DNA of 63,976 nucleotides, the filler included, from Lenisia limosa (taxonomy: Eukaryota > Protista > Breviatea): assembly GCA_001655205.1 (NCBI GenBank). It is 10 parts of 10 records of this genome, joined end to end, with 100 filler letters (N's around TTAATTAATTAA, not from the genome) between each part and the next. Parts side by side here need not be neighbours in the genome. Positions count along the whole stretch, not along the records: positions 11,435 to 37,634 come from LPNZ01009437.1; positions 37,735 to 52,136 come from LPNZ01009442.1; 8 more parts are not named here. One strand, 5' to 3'. Both the position numbers and the translations under genes were made by a program. The notes below the pieces were generated by a model, which saw only the letters and a list, made by a program, of their open reading frames with translations, did not search any database and had not been told where the DNA came from. Position 1 is the stretch's first letter. Every line of letters starts with the position of its first letter. Shown piece after piece: positions 36,983 to 50,600 of the stretch.

Positions 36983-37634
36983 ATGGCACCTTCTCCTAAG
37001 AAGAAACCACAAAGCCAGCCATCAATAACGGCTTTCTTTTCTACGAAAAAAATGGTGGCCAAGGAGAAAACCCCGCTTACACGGAAAAGCAGTCTTCTTT
37101 CACTTTCAAGCATTGACAGCCTTCAGATCGAGCAGCCTTCTCACATCAAGTAAGACCTGCCTATAAATTTTTTATGTAGTCTAATACTAGTAGTCACACA
37201 TAGTGTTTTTTATATGATTATATTTTATTTCTTTTTTTGGTTAATCCGTTTTCTCCTTTCTCATTAGCAGCACACCAGCCGCCTCACCATCGCTTGACAG
37301 CGGCAGTGAACACTCGGACGCATCCACCGTCATTCAGCATGACGTCGCCCCTCAGGAAGTCTCGTTGGGGGGCTTGGGGAGGGGTCTGTTGGGATGGGGT
37401 TTCAATTTACGCTACTCTCATAATAATTGGCGTGACCTTTAACATTTCAGCAGATCGTATTCCTTCTTGATGTGATACGTGTAAAGTATTATGTTATACG
37501 ACATTAAAATAAACATTACATACATTTGATGTTATATATACATATATATTTATTATTGTTGTTTTTATCACGCTTCATATCATATTGACCGCACAGAGTT
37601 TCTCAAGCAACAACTGTTGATGAATTGGAATCAT
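36983..37634 (+). CDS. N-terminal exons of a PCNA-interacting (PIP-box/PIP-degron) protein; runs into an assembly linker
   Basis: MAPSPKKKPQSQPSITAFFSTKK contains Q-x-x-I-T-x-F-F-x-x-x-K at 37016-37051 and an NLS-like PKKKP. A GTAAG donor lies at ~37149. Confidence 0.5.
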
Positions 37635-37734
37635 NNNNNNNNNNNNNNNNNNNNNNNNNNNNNNNNNNNNNNNNNNNNTTAATTAATTAANNNNNNNNNN
37701 NNNNNNNNNNNNNNNNNNNNNNNNNNNNNNNNNN

Positions 37735-38720
37735 CTTAAGCGAAGTGTTCAACTGTCCCGAAGATGTGAGACGCCTGTAGGGTTAGAACATGTGGGGAAT
37801 GTTTATTATTTTTGTGATTTATTAAATATTGTTGATAATGTGTTCAATAAACGCTTCATTATCTAAAGTTCTTTGTCTGAAGAAGTGAATTGTGTCGTAC
37901 CAATTTCCAGCTGTGGTGTTCGTCGCGTTCGTGAACTAAAATATCAGGAATGCGGTTGTAAAAAGCGGTATTGTCTCAACAGGTCCTAATGAATTTTGAA
38001 GGGGGAAAAAGGGGGGGGGGGGGNNNNNNNNNNNNNNNNNNNNNNNNNNNNNNNNNNNNNNNNNNNNNNNNNNNNNNNNNNNNNNNNNNNNNNNNNNNNN
38101 NNNNNNNNNCAATGAGGGCAACACCATCATCCACTTGTCGTACATGGAAGGGAACACTATCGACAATTAGCTTCGACCCGGGTACCTGGGGGAAGGCCGA
38201 ACTCTGTTTGGTGAGTCAGAAATCTCTTAAAAAAGAAACTATTATGGTTGCCTCACCAGATGATTGAATACATATGAGCTGAAATAAACGTATTATTGTC
38301 TAATTTTTACCACAACCAACCTCGAGCGTGACATTTGCGGTGGTATTGGACGTGGGGGTGAGAATCAAGGCCTCCCCGAGTTCTGGAAGGTCAACGTGCC
38401 AAATATCATAAGTACATGTAATTATATACTTCACCACGTCATAACATACAATAATCCCTAATAATCCAATATAAGAGTTATTCATACAAAAAAAAAAAAA
38501 ATTGTTCAAGAAAATACCTTCCAACTTCTTGATATTTATGGTATTAGAGATTGATAAATATAATACAAGGCATCTCACCTGGAACAAGGCTTTGCGAGAT
38601 GAACACGTCATACTCCGAGGCGTTCACGCTCAGCAGTTGCGCGTTGCTGTTAACTGCCTGTATTGCGCCTACTTCGCCGCTGGCCGTCCAGAGTACGGAC
38701 CCTAGGGACGGCACGCTAGA
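37735..38720 (+). CDS. Fragmentary exons of a Cys-containing protein, unassigned
   Basis: Spliceable exons such as ...RLCGVRRVRELKYQECGCKKRYCLNR and GISPGTRLCEM. The frame cannot be fixed because of gaps. Confidence 0.25.
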
Positions 38721-38829
38721 AGTTCGTCAAATCAATATTTAAGTCTGTCAACTTAATGTATTCAAGGAACTGATTTAACTTATTTATCTTTATTTATCTT
38801 CATTAAGAAATAGTACTGTCTGAACTAAA

Positions 38830-39107
38830 CAGGGGGCCGCAGACCCAAAGATTATGACTTTTTTTTTATCTGAACCTGATCTGATCTGATCTGATCTACA
38901 GCTGACTGATCTGTTGATCTGCCATTTCATCAGCAATTCGTCGGTCGTGCGCGTGATTTTTGCCTGATTACATGCTCCACCCATACAAAGAGAGAAGAGG
39001 GGAGGACAGGGTGGAGGGGTGGAGAGGAAAATTGGATCTGGATCTGACCTGATCTGAGCCTGATCTGATCTACAGATGTGCAAAATCCCCAGGTCTGCGA
39101 CCCTCTG
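38830..39107. mobile_element. Second copy of the hAT-type MITE family, 278 bp
   Basis: Ends CAGGGGGCCGCAGA / TCTGCGACCCTCTG, with the same CAAAATCCCCAG subterminal motif and GATCT arrays. 8-bp TSD GAACTAAA (38822-38829) / GAATTAAA (39108-39115), one mismatch. Confidence 0.8.
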
Positions 39108-39699
39108 GAATTAAATGAGTCCAGAGAGCAACTTGTTAACATAGTCATAAGATAGTTTTTATGTTACATATTGACCCCAACCAGACCAAACCCACTCAGT
39201 AACGTCACCGGAAAATTGGTAGTAAATAAGTCCATTGATAGCATAGAGCGGGGTCAAATTCTAAAAAAAAAAAATTATATTTCAAATCAAAATTCTGATA
39301 AACTCCTTTTATTTTCAAACGATGCATTTTTTTCAACTCCACCCCCCCCCCNNNNNNNNNNNNNNNNNNNNNNNNNNNNNNNNNNNNNNNNNNNNNNNNN
39401 NNNNNNNNNNNNNNNNNNNNNNNNNNNNNNGAAACGGGTTGTCTCTTTCGAGTTGCATCTACTTAAAGTTAGTACAGAAGAAGAGGATCCATTACAGATG
39501 GCAGTACCCCATTATTCTCTTCACAGAATTTTTTTCCTACAAGTTGGGCTTCACTTCGGTTCGAAAAAAGACTGAATTTGATATTATACCGGCATTTTTC
39601 GAACCGAAGTGAAGCTCTACCTACAAGTGGATTGTCTGAGACAAAGAAACAACACTATAATGCATTGTTATTTCTAATGTAACAAATGTGAAAAGGGAG

Positions 39700-42600
39700 T
39701 CGAGAAGACTTACCTCCAGAAAAGGGGGTTGGTAGGACAGTAACAATTGAGATCTTCCCTGTTCCCTATTAGAAACTGCAGGTAGAAGAGTATGAGCAGT
39801 TGATAGGTAAATATGAAGGAATCAAAAACAACACCATAATCGCAATACAGCTCCCCCCCCCCCACGAGTAACATCAGGTAACACAAGCGATGTCGTTATC
39901 CATCCACCAGCAACTCCCGTGTTGACGTGTCCGGTGAGAACTATCCCGCTCCTAGAGAGTGAGAAATAAGGCTTCCCTACGGTCCGAAAAAGACCGTTAA
40001 AATATAGATATCAAGGATATATCGAGAAATTAAGTCTTTTTTGGGAACGTAGAGAAGCCCTAGTGAAAAGGGAATGCATTCATCTGAGATAGGAAAAGAG
40101 ATCATAGGGGAACATTAAAATGAGAGAGAGGTGTGAGAGTATACGTGTTTAGCGCATTCCGGTTCGGTGTGTAATAAGTGAGGCTTCACTTCGGTTTGTC
40201 GAAAAATCCTCGAAAACTATCGATATTTTTCAGGGTTTTCGAACCGAAGTGAAGCCCTAGTAATAAGATTGCAAAAAGGACCCATGACTGCTAAATACTA
40301 TCGCCCACGGTAGCTTGATAGCAATATAGCCTGAGGCTGTAGTTGAATACTCCAGTCCTTTCACCCGCTCTAAGTGGTCGGAAGAGCTCTCTTCTGGCAT
40401 GGCTTGGAGCTCAGGGAATGATGTGACTCTGATGGAGGGGGTGAAGAAAGCCAATTCAGTGGAGACATATTCCATTTACAGTACACAACAAGGTACATAT
40501 CATATTTTGTGATACAAGATCACAAGAAATCATTGTAAACACCAACATACTCCATTTGTTAAACATACGATATATACCCGTAAGCAATCCTCCACCCACT
40601 CACTTGTCAAAGATCAAGCCAGACGAGTGAGATACCCAGAGTGACGATCCGATGGCCATTATGGCAGAACCAAAAGATGAAATGTGCAGACAATGTGCCG
40701 TCATGCCCAATTTGAATGTAGACACCAACGAATCCTCTCTGCGGTGTAAAGGCAAACTGCAATAATACGCTTCAGTTGGGAAGCGACTGAATAATATCGT
40801 TTCATCAAGAGGTCATACGGGAGAAAACAAGGAAAATCCGTGTTGAAAAACCAAGACAACAATAAATATGCTAATCAAATTGGAATCCCAAGAACTCCCG
40901 CCCACTGTATAACCTCTACCACTGAAGATTCATCGTTTCTACACAAGTTAACAGTGGTGAACTGAACTGATGTTTTAAAGAAAAAGAAGTCCGTAAACCC
41001 ACTTGTGCATTGTAAATCATATTCCCAAAGCAAACTTAAGGAGAATATGGCTACCAGCCATTTGGTTCCAGAGAGCTCCTGTGTAAACTTCTGAGTCTTC
41101 TGCCTTCATACATAAGAGGAATTATTCCGTTTTGATTACTCTTACTTCATAAGTGGTACATGTTATGTCAGGATATGAACCCCAAAAAACAACAACAAAA
41201 AAGACAAACCTGAACGATTGAATCTAGAGTCCACTCGGTAATGTTGGTGACGGAGAACACCACGGAGCGGCTAGGCTGTCAATAGAGTACCGTATATTTT
41301 GAGAGTAAATAATTGCTAAGATTAAAACATGAGGGGAAGCACATTGGTGTAAACAAAACCGACAGCAGACCACAGGTTAGTGTTGTCAAACATGAAAGAA
41401 AGCTTAACTAAAGGGTATCAGTTCCTGACAACGGGACACTACACCCCCCCCTCCCCACCCAGCCAAGCTGGCAATAACATGTAGGTCGATATCTGGTTTG
41501 AGGGAATTGAGACAGATTGGTGGCGTCACGTAGAGGGTCATATTCGATACCGAAGCAGTGAAATCTGGGGGGACAAACAGAAGTGATGATCAGTTTTACT
41601 TTGCATGTATAGATATCATAATAAATAAAATTTTCAAAAACAAGAATATAATGTCATTGTTTGGAACCTTAAATAAACAACAAAAAGCAATAGTATTGAT
41701 ATACTTATAGTTAAAAAGAACAGTTAATCCTCACTTCTGAGAAACAAAAAATGTCATCATTCTCAAAGAACACCTACCTGCAGCAAGAACCCAGTTCCAG
41801 TTTTCAATCGGCTGGGTTGACTCCACAGAAGCGGTGTGGATTGCCAACAGACCGGATGATGATTCTGACAGAATTGCCATTCGGAGAGAGGCTGTGACAA
41901 CAACCTGAGATAACAATTAACAGAGGGGAGGGGGTCGCTAAAAACCAAGGTATTCTATCGAGTTGCAGATTAGATCCCCATTTGACACAAATTTCGACAT
42001 ACAAGTATTCAAATTTCAAACAAAGAAATAAGCAGACCCGCTCAAACTTGAATGATGTTTTCTGATGATGTAAAGATGGCAGAGAGATCGCTGAATTTGA
42101 CTGTTAGCCAAGAGTCTGTCGTTAACGCTATAATGTTGCCATTGCCGGTCACTGCCGCAGCAGCCATCATACTACAGTCAAACTACAGAGTCATATGAAC
42201 ACTATGGTAACGTCATTGATAAGGGACCTGTGTGAAGCTAACCCCTTCCCCCCATACATGGCAAACCAGATGCGCCTTCAATGACCATCCCCCGCTTGTT
42301 TCGAGAGTGTTTGCCGCAGAGGAATGCTTGAAGTATTGGAATAAAAATTAAAATAAAGTCGGCCGCTTATAAATGGTTTTGATTGATTAGATGAGAAAAG
42401 GTTAATATAATACATAAACAACCCCATATGCTATTGATTTGCGTTACCCCCCCCCCCTTAGCATTTAAAACAATCAAAATGTATGGATGATTCCGTTTTT
42501 TCAGACCGCACAGCACCCCCCCCCCTCTCCTCCCAAATACCGTAATGGGTCTCAAAAACGCTGGCAATTGAACCAAAAGGGACACGTCACTCGGCAAACA

Positions 42601-44135
42601 GCCCATTACTGCACCATTGGCTGTGACTGATATCAATGTACTGGCTTGTCTGAGTTGTTAATAGGGTAGATATATCATATGTAATATATCAAACGATAAT
42701 AGAGAGCTACATGTATGATGTACAAACGTTGAGAAATACAGAATTTTACAAAACCCCACTGACGACGATGGTATCGTGAACCTCCAGAAGTTCTCAACTT
42801 CATCCTAAAACATTACTATGATCATAAGATAGGTAATACGACAAGGGTAGAGGGGGAGAGAAACGAAAAAATAACAAAAAAAATTTTGAGAGGAAGTTAA
42901 CCAAAAAACACTCCCCTCACAAAAATGAGCTCCACTACGTTTCCATTTGCGGAAACTGAAGGACCAAGACCAATTGAAAAGGCCCTTAAATTGTAAGTTA
43001 AAATACATTTGATTTGAATGTCTGAGGTCACTATAAAACCCAACGTCCATGTAGTTACGTTCAGAAGACCCAGCCTACAACTTTGCCATACTCGGCCGGG
43101 CAACATCCTCATTGTCTACATAAATTACCGCAAATTCATCAGAGTCCTGGATCTCCAGAGCAGCGGTGTTGACAGCGTTGCCGGCATACATGATCTTGAA
43201 CCGGCCACAATCTAAAGGGAATGGTAAGGGTCTGGGTGAGTGTATATATGGATCAAATACCTCATGTAAAATAAAAAAGAGAGATAATATCGGTAGAAGC
43301 CGTCCTCACAATATAAAATATTTATTCGTCCATTCATACGGAGTTGTAGCATTGAGACACATAAATATGATGTATTGCATATCATATACAATAAGCCACA
43401 TCATCATTGAAGAAAAGAAAATACCCACCCTCATAAAACTATTCCCAAAGTGAAACCAGTGACGCCTTACCACTATTTTGTATAATGTCAAAATGAAAGG
43501 ACTGAGCTGCCTCATACTTGCCACCCACTGTAGAAAACACAACCGCCTATAACATTAAGAAAACTGCTTTAGAAGAGAAATTTTACTCATCATGACCAGC
43601 CATAGTTATTTAATACACAATATACAGTACGTACACATATCATCACTGCGGACAAGGGTGACTTATATTACTTTGAGGAATATGCCATATGCAATCAGCT
43701 CCACCCCCCCCCCACTCTATAAGACCCTTCGTTCTCAAACGTCACCTCGTGGACACTACCAGGCTGGTCTCTGAAAACCTCCGTCCACTTATTGGCCGGC
43801 GCGGGGTATCCAAGAGACACCAGGAACGTGGTGGTAGCGTTGGCACTTGCCACATTGCTCACGTCAAGCTCAAGCACTACAAAATTAGAATGGAATTGTG
43901 GAATTTAAACAAGGGATGTCAGAGACGGAGATTACATACGACCGCCATACCACCTTGATAATGTAGGGTAAGATCATTGCTATATCTTCATCATGTTCAA
44001 GCAAGTAGCAGACATGAAAGAAAAACTTCGTGAGCAAACCTTGGAAGGCAAATAAATCCGTACTTAATCCAAGCGGCGAGATAGTAACGCATACAATCGA
44101 GTGGAGAACCAGAGTGAGCAAGAGAAGATGATGGA
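39700..44135 (-). CDS. Multi-exon protein of unknown function with signal-peptide-like N-terminus and beta-rich exons (secreted or surface candidate)
   Basis: MLIHHLLLLTLVLHSIVCVTI at ~44133, then AG/GT-bounded exons such as FLVSLGYPAPANKWTEVF, CGRFKIMYAGNAVN, SSFGSAIMAIGSSLWVSHSSGLIFD, GIVLTGHVNTG and GTGKISIVTVLP. The 3' end was not determined. Confidence 0.4.
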
Positions 44136-44679
44136 TCAACATTCTTAACTTTCTGTCATTTCTTATTATTCTCTTTATAACTATATGGTATTAAAATGCA
44201 TACATCACAACACACTTGGTTCAAGGATCGCCACCTCGAAAATCATTAAATAAAGAGTTAACCTGGGGGGATGGTTTGTCAGAGAGCAATAATAAAACAG
44301 GCTTTCTTTTTGACCAGCAAATTGCCACAAAGTAATGAACAACATTTAGTAGTTGATTTGAAAGGGAAAACAAGATTGTAAAAGAAGCATTAACAACAAT
44401 CTCAGAGCTCAGACCAAAGGCAGCCTCCCATGGTCTCTCCCTGTCGTGTAGAGACCTAAAACAGAAATAATTCACAATGAACCAGCCATTTAGGCCTTCT
44501 ATCGGGACCCCTCCTCCCCCAGTATCAACAGTATCGAAACTGAAAATGAAGAACAAGTTGGACGAGATCTTTTTCACCGAGGAGTTTGACAAGGCAAAGG
44601 CACTCGGAGAGATATCTAAACGTATGAAGGGACTGTATTAGTTATTCATTTGTTTTGAATAACAATCTTTTTGGTGTAT

Positions 44680-47600
44680 AAATGACAAATTTTATCACCA
44701 GTTCATTTATATTGTTATGTGACAGATAAGCAAGAGCTTTTATCATTTTGGGGATTTAGTTTCAATACGTTGACCCTTGCAGGATTGCAGTCTAGTGACA
44801 AGTCGTTGGTCGTTTCGGCCCTCCCGTTCCTTCCAAAGATTCTCAAGCTCCACCCTACCATTGAAGTTGCTGTCTTGGTGTTTCAAAGGCTCTCTGACGC
44901 CATTAGCAACCAGTGGGTTGAGAGAGAAAGAGGGAAACGCTTAATAATATCATTCCTTGAACATTTTAATACAATTTGAAAAAAAAAATGTAATGCTTGA
45001 ACTTGGTATACAATCTAGTTTTAGAAACAAGGTTATGAATTATGAATTATATTTGGGATAGTGAAGACTTGGTCGTATCATATACATACAAGGATAAATA
45101 ATGAGTAATTTTTTTACCATTTCAGTGATAATTCGGTGCGCCAGCAAGTCCTTCAATTCATGCCAAAGCTTTCACCGTTCCTCAGTCTTAACCTCTCATC
45201 TGACCGTTTCCTCGTAACTGTTCAAGCNNNNNNNNNNNNNNNNNNNNNNNNNNNNNNNNNNNNNNNNNNNNNNNNNNNNNNNNNNNNNNNNNNNNNNNNN
45301 NNNNNNNNNNNNNNNNNNNNNNNNNNNNNAATCTTCGAAACTAAATTGAAGCCCAAGTCATATCTGAAGATAAAATGCCTTGCAGTGCTTTCAGTGTCAG
45401 AAAGTGAATATGAATGCGCTTTTCATAGCTGCATGTCGCATCCTTATTATCAAATGTTCAATAAATTGATTGGTGTTTTTTTTTTACTTCATTTATTCCA
45501 CTTTTTTGAAAAAAACTTGTAGAGCTTTTCTTTTGCTTGTTGTTTCATACGTTTCACTCTTTACCCCCCTGCCTTTACCCCCTGTAGCCTGTCAGAAGCA
45601 GACGACCCAGTCACTCGCACTGTGGGAATCCGACTTCTGGGCCACTTTGCATTGGCACTGCCTGATGCAGGGTCCGTTCATCACAGGTGGGGTAACCACA
45701 GACACTATTCTATTTTTGATATGTTTTGCACATTTTTTTTACGCCTTTGTTGTGCTGCAAAAGTGATTGACCTTAAATGCTTTGACTGAATTCTTCTGAT
45801 TCGTTTAGATTGCTGCAGTCATTGTCTGCAACAAATGACGAAAGGCTCGCGGCCCACGAAGCATGGTAAGGGGCACTCTCTCGTAAACCAGTTTGGCAGC
45901 TGATTTCAGTGTGTAACTCTGAATGGCTTTTTTTACTATGTATGGCATAATATATGTATGTAAACATGTATTATAGCATGATATGTAATTAGTGCAGTCA
46001 ATATGCACTATTCGTGAAGTAGCTCAAGATATATTTGGCTTCTTCTAACCCCTTCAGAATCAAGTATCTTTTCTCCACTTTAAGAGGTTCATTAACCCTT
46101 CAGTATGTATTATGCAAAGGAAAGTAAAACATTTGCTGTTCGTCTCTTGGATGTTGTGTCTGATCACATGCTGAGTGGGGGGGGGGGTAGAAGAACATCC
46201 TTTTGTGGNNNNNNNNNNNNNNNNNNNNNNNNNNNNNNNNNNNNNNNNNNNNNNNNNNNNACATGAAGCCGAACATGGCATTTAAGTTCTACTATCCGTT
46301 TGGGATTGTTTATAATTCTCTCTGTGTGTGTGATTCCTTATTTTTATTATATAGTAGATACAATCTTTTTGGTTTTGATTTTCAAGCCTCTGACCATTTA
46401 GACACCCAGACGCAATTTGGATGGAGGGCGCAGCTGCTCCATTTGGTCAAAAGTGCATATCCTTCACAGTCTACAGCTGAAAAGGTTGGAGGCTCAATAC
46501 TTCATCAAATGTCTTAAACTGATAATGTGATGTTATTGATTGCAAAGTGGCCTGCTCTTATCCCCTCACTTAGGCACGGATGATCATCCTTGACACTTAT
46601 TCCCTCACTTAGGCACGAACGATCATCCTTGACACTTATCCCCTCACTTAGGCACGAACGATCATCCTTGACACCCTTTTGCGCTTCCCTACGTCAACTG
46701 TTATCATTGCTGGGCTTCAGTCATTGGCTGCCTTGTCCGTTCAGTTCGAGAGCTTTGTTCCCAGAACGGTCTGATATCTCGGAAAAAAAATATTTTTGTC
46801 GTCTTATATGATTTCGTCCTGGTATTCCTCTTTTCAGATCAATGGGCCAAGCGTCTTTTGTCACCCTTTATAGATTTCACTCATTTCTCGCTATATTGAA
46901 GATTTTACTGCATCGGACATTCTTGTTGCTTGTATTGAGTGGGCGGGGGTCTAGAATGCCAGAACCTAAGAGTTTCTCAAAAAGGTGGTAGCACTTCACA
47001 GACTTATGACTCAAATTGTTGATAAGTTCACCCTGCTTGATACAATATTTAACCAGTGTAAGCACACGTTCGAAACTACAAATTACAGAACTGTGTGTTA
47101 CTATTGATTACTAGTAACTGTTACCATTCCGCTTACCTTTTGCAGAAGCCTGCAGACTCTCCTCCCTTGCTGTGCAACCCCCTCCGACCTACCCCTCAAA
47201 GTAAGCTGGCTTTCATTTGGTGGAGTGAAAGGCGATTTATTGTAACTTGTTTGCCAAAATTTGTTTTCTTACACCCCNNNNNNNNNNNNNNNNNNNNNNN
47301 NNNNNNNNNNNNNNNNNNNNNNNNNNNNNNNNNNNNNNNNNNNNNNNNNNNNNNNNNNNNNNNNNNNNNNNNNNNNNNNNNNNNNNNNNNNNNNNNNNNN
47401 NNNNNNNNNNNNNNNNNNNNNNNNNNNNNNCTACTTCGGCCCTCCTTCCGCTCTAATCATCCCAATATCCACTCTCAGGTGGGTTTTTTGTTGGGTTTTT
47501 ATGTTGGGTTTTTATATATGCAAGTAACTTTTAAATTTAATATCGTAGGCTTTTTATGTAATATGATGCACTTTTCTAGGAGGAATATATATACATGTAT

Positions 47601-50600
47601 GGGGACCTAAGATGTAGGTCTTACTTCTTCTAAATCCAACTTTTTTTAATTTTATCTCGAGAGAAACAGCATTTTTACAGCAAATAACAGAATATCCCTA
47701 GTCAGGCTTGGGTTTAAACGCATACCATTTAGCAGGAACAACAACTTCCTGTGAGTAATGGAATTTAATCACAGTAGAATAAACAGATTTGATTTATTTT
47801 GTTTTTACGACCACGCCAGCTTTCCTTTCAGCAGAAGAAATGACTCACGATAGGGAAAACCGAAAAATTCTTTAGGCGACCAGAATCGTCAAAACAATCC
47901 GGTACTTTTCGGGCTGCCCCTGCCCGGTTTTTTTCTGACAACTTTTCACTGTGAGGGCTTTTTTCACTTCTGTCTCGATAGAAACTCCAGCTGAAAAATT
48001 AATAACATTACATCTTAGGTCCCCATACTTTAGTATACTATCTGTATACTCCTCCTAGCTTTCGCTGGATTGATTTTTAAATATTAACCGTGATGTTGTA
48101 TAACTCTCACACCACCTACCCCTCCAACACCATCATCACTTACCCGGGAGTGATGGGATGTGGTGATGCAGTAGCGACTGGCCTGGGCTTTGTCTGTGTT
48201 GTTGTTTCAACCTGGGCTGTACTGTGACATTAATTTTCTAATTTTACCTCCCCACTGACCCTCTCAGTGCTCCGTCACTTTCTGAAGCCGCTCTCGCAGC
48301 AACGTATATATCTGAAGTCCTAAAGGCGTACCAAGCAACAACCGTGTCTGGACGCGGAAGGCGAGGCAAGAGACTCACTGATTCTTGTGGGGGGGGGGGT
48401 ATGAGTTAAGGATTGNNNNNNNNNNNNNNNNNNNNNNNNNNNNNNNNNNNNNNNNNNNNNNNNNNNNNNNNNNNNNNNNNNNNNNNNNNNNCCATTATTT
48501 AGTGTCAACTTTTTCCTTTTAATAAGATCTATAGTTTTTGAGATGCAAATGAAATCATCAAAAGTGACTATATTCATCCCTTAGTATTTCCCCATTTTAT
48601 TTAATGTAATCTATTGCTCACCTTTGACCATTCTTTTCTTTGTGCAGGCCGAATTGACCTTGGGCCGGCCATGTGGCTAATGCTCCAACGTCTTTACTGC
48701 GCAATTCAGTGTCAGGTTGGTGGTTGTTATCAAACAAATCAATTAGGTTTTGAAAGTTATAAAATTATTGTTCTTTTGTTTCGCAGTTATTCAGAAGTTT
48801 CAGATGTTCATCTTGCTCTTTACGTCAGTACCGTCTTCTACAAGCAGTCAATTATAGCCTCTAAATTTGCAGGATGAACTGGGAATGACTGGGCTTCTTG
48901 TTTTGTGTTCGGCTCTATCACGGAGTTTGTCGTACTGCACTGCCACCCACTATGAAATGATCGCCTCGTGGCTCATTACTAAAAGTTGGTTGTTTTGTTC
49001 GTAAACAAAGCTTCATCATCATATCCTATGTACATGTCTTAAAATTGTGATACGTTGAGCCTGAAAGAAAATTGAGACTGTGGTTGTGATTCTCCCAGTG
49101 TATATATACACTGACCACGATAAGTCTTGACCGATTTACTAAAGATATCTCTCGTGAAATTCGTCAATGCTTATCCCAATCGATGTATATCTGGTGTTTA
49201 AAATAGGAGCTTATGCAGGAACCCCCCTCCCTAATTTATCGTCCACTTACTTACCTTACAACCTCCCACAGTTTTGTCAAAACAAGAATCCAACGAAGTG
49301 GTCATTTTTATGTCCCGTATCTTGGCTTCTTCAGTGCCTCAACTCAGGTAAATTGAGGATGGATGAGGGGGGGGGGGGTATTTCCATTATTATTTATTGT
49401 CTGGTTTTTAGATGTGCGCGTTATTCATTCGTTAATTCCCAGGACTATGAGCCTGACAGTTTTCCGTGAGCAAAGGCGCCTCGCTCAAATTTCGACTCTC
49501 ATCACCGACCGATATTTGGACCGTGTCGTTGCCAATGTTGACATTCTCCCTCCAAACGCCATTGTTAGTTTGGGACCGATGAAAATACGTGCATTAATGT
49601 TTTACAGGATTTGAGTAACATTTCTGGAAATATGAATTAATATATGAAGTTAACATCTATCAGCATCTACTGACTCTTTTCTTCGCTCGAGGTGTTGCTC
49701 TGATCCCCATACCCCCTCCAAGCGCTCCCTTCCGACTTTTACCCCTTGCTATCTCATCTTGCGCGTTTAAGTAAGCGCAACTAAAACCTACTCCGCTTTC
49801 TTTCATATTTCACAGGTTCAATCAATTGAAAAACTAGAATCTATTTGTAGTATCCAAGAGCGCTATTGTCCTCACCCTTCAGACTCCCTAAGCCCGATTT
49901 GGTGACACTATCCATAGAATTGGCCCAATTGGCTATTCACCAGCCATGCCCAGTGCTCCTCTCCTTACTACATTCGAAGGTAAATTAATGATGGGATAGT
50001 GCCTCGATAGTATGTTCATGCTGATTCTTCATCACCCATACCCCCCTCACCTTTCAGGAGCACAGCATGTGGCTCAAGGGTCTGGGTCTTCTTTCACACG
50101 GTTGTCACTTGTTACAGTAGGCAGGGACTGAGCTTCATCTTTGGAATAGGGAGATATTAGACGCTTCATTATGTTTGCGTTTTGATATTTGATACTTTCT
50201 GAAATATAAAGACTGCCAGCGGCAGAATACAGTGATAGATGAGATGGAAAACAGCTTCCACCAGATATTGTCTTTGTGTAAATTTTTCTTTTCTAGACGT
50301 CAATATTACAAGAAGTAATACTTCCCTCTCCCATAACCACGCATTTACGTGTTTAGAACTATGGAAAATGGTCTGCCGAAACTTCAGGAAGCCTGTCGTG
50401 CTTTCAAGGTACGCGTGCATATTAAGCAGCGTAATAATGAAGGCTCCTCAGACGCTCATTCTTTAGGCCATGAATTACCCTTCTGTTTCATTTGGGTTTG
50501 CCATTGGATACTCTGCCATCCTCATACGATGGACCGAACTACTCAACCAGGCACGTGGCATGCGCGTGTACGCTGAGGGCTCTATTTTGGACAGGAATAT

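Noticed and set aside
38300-38611. Minus ORF segment VDLPELGEALILTP...VTLEV, resembling the ATP synthase beta N-terminus
   Set aside because: Too short, no Walker motifs nearby, and splice signals favour plus-strand exons.
37735-38720. SET-domain methyltransferase call
   Set aside because: Only faint motif resemblance. The diagnostic NHSCxPN and ELxxDY motifs were not found and the frames are ambiguous.
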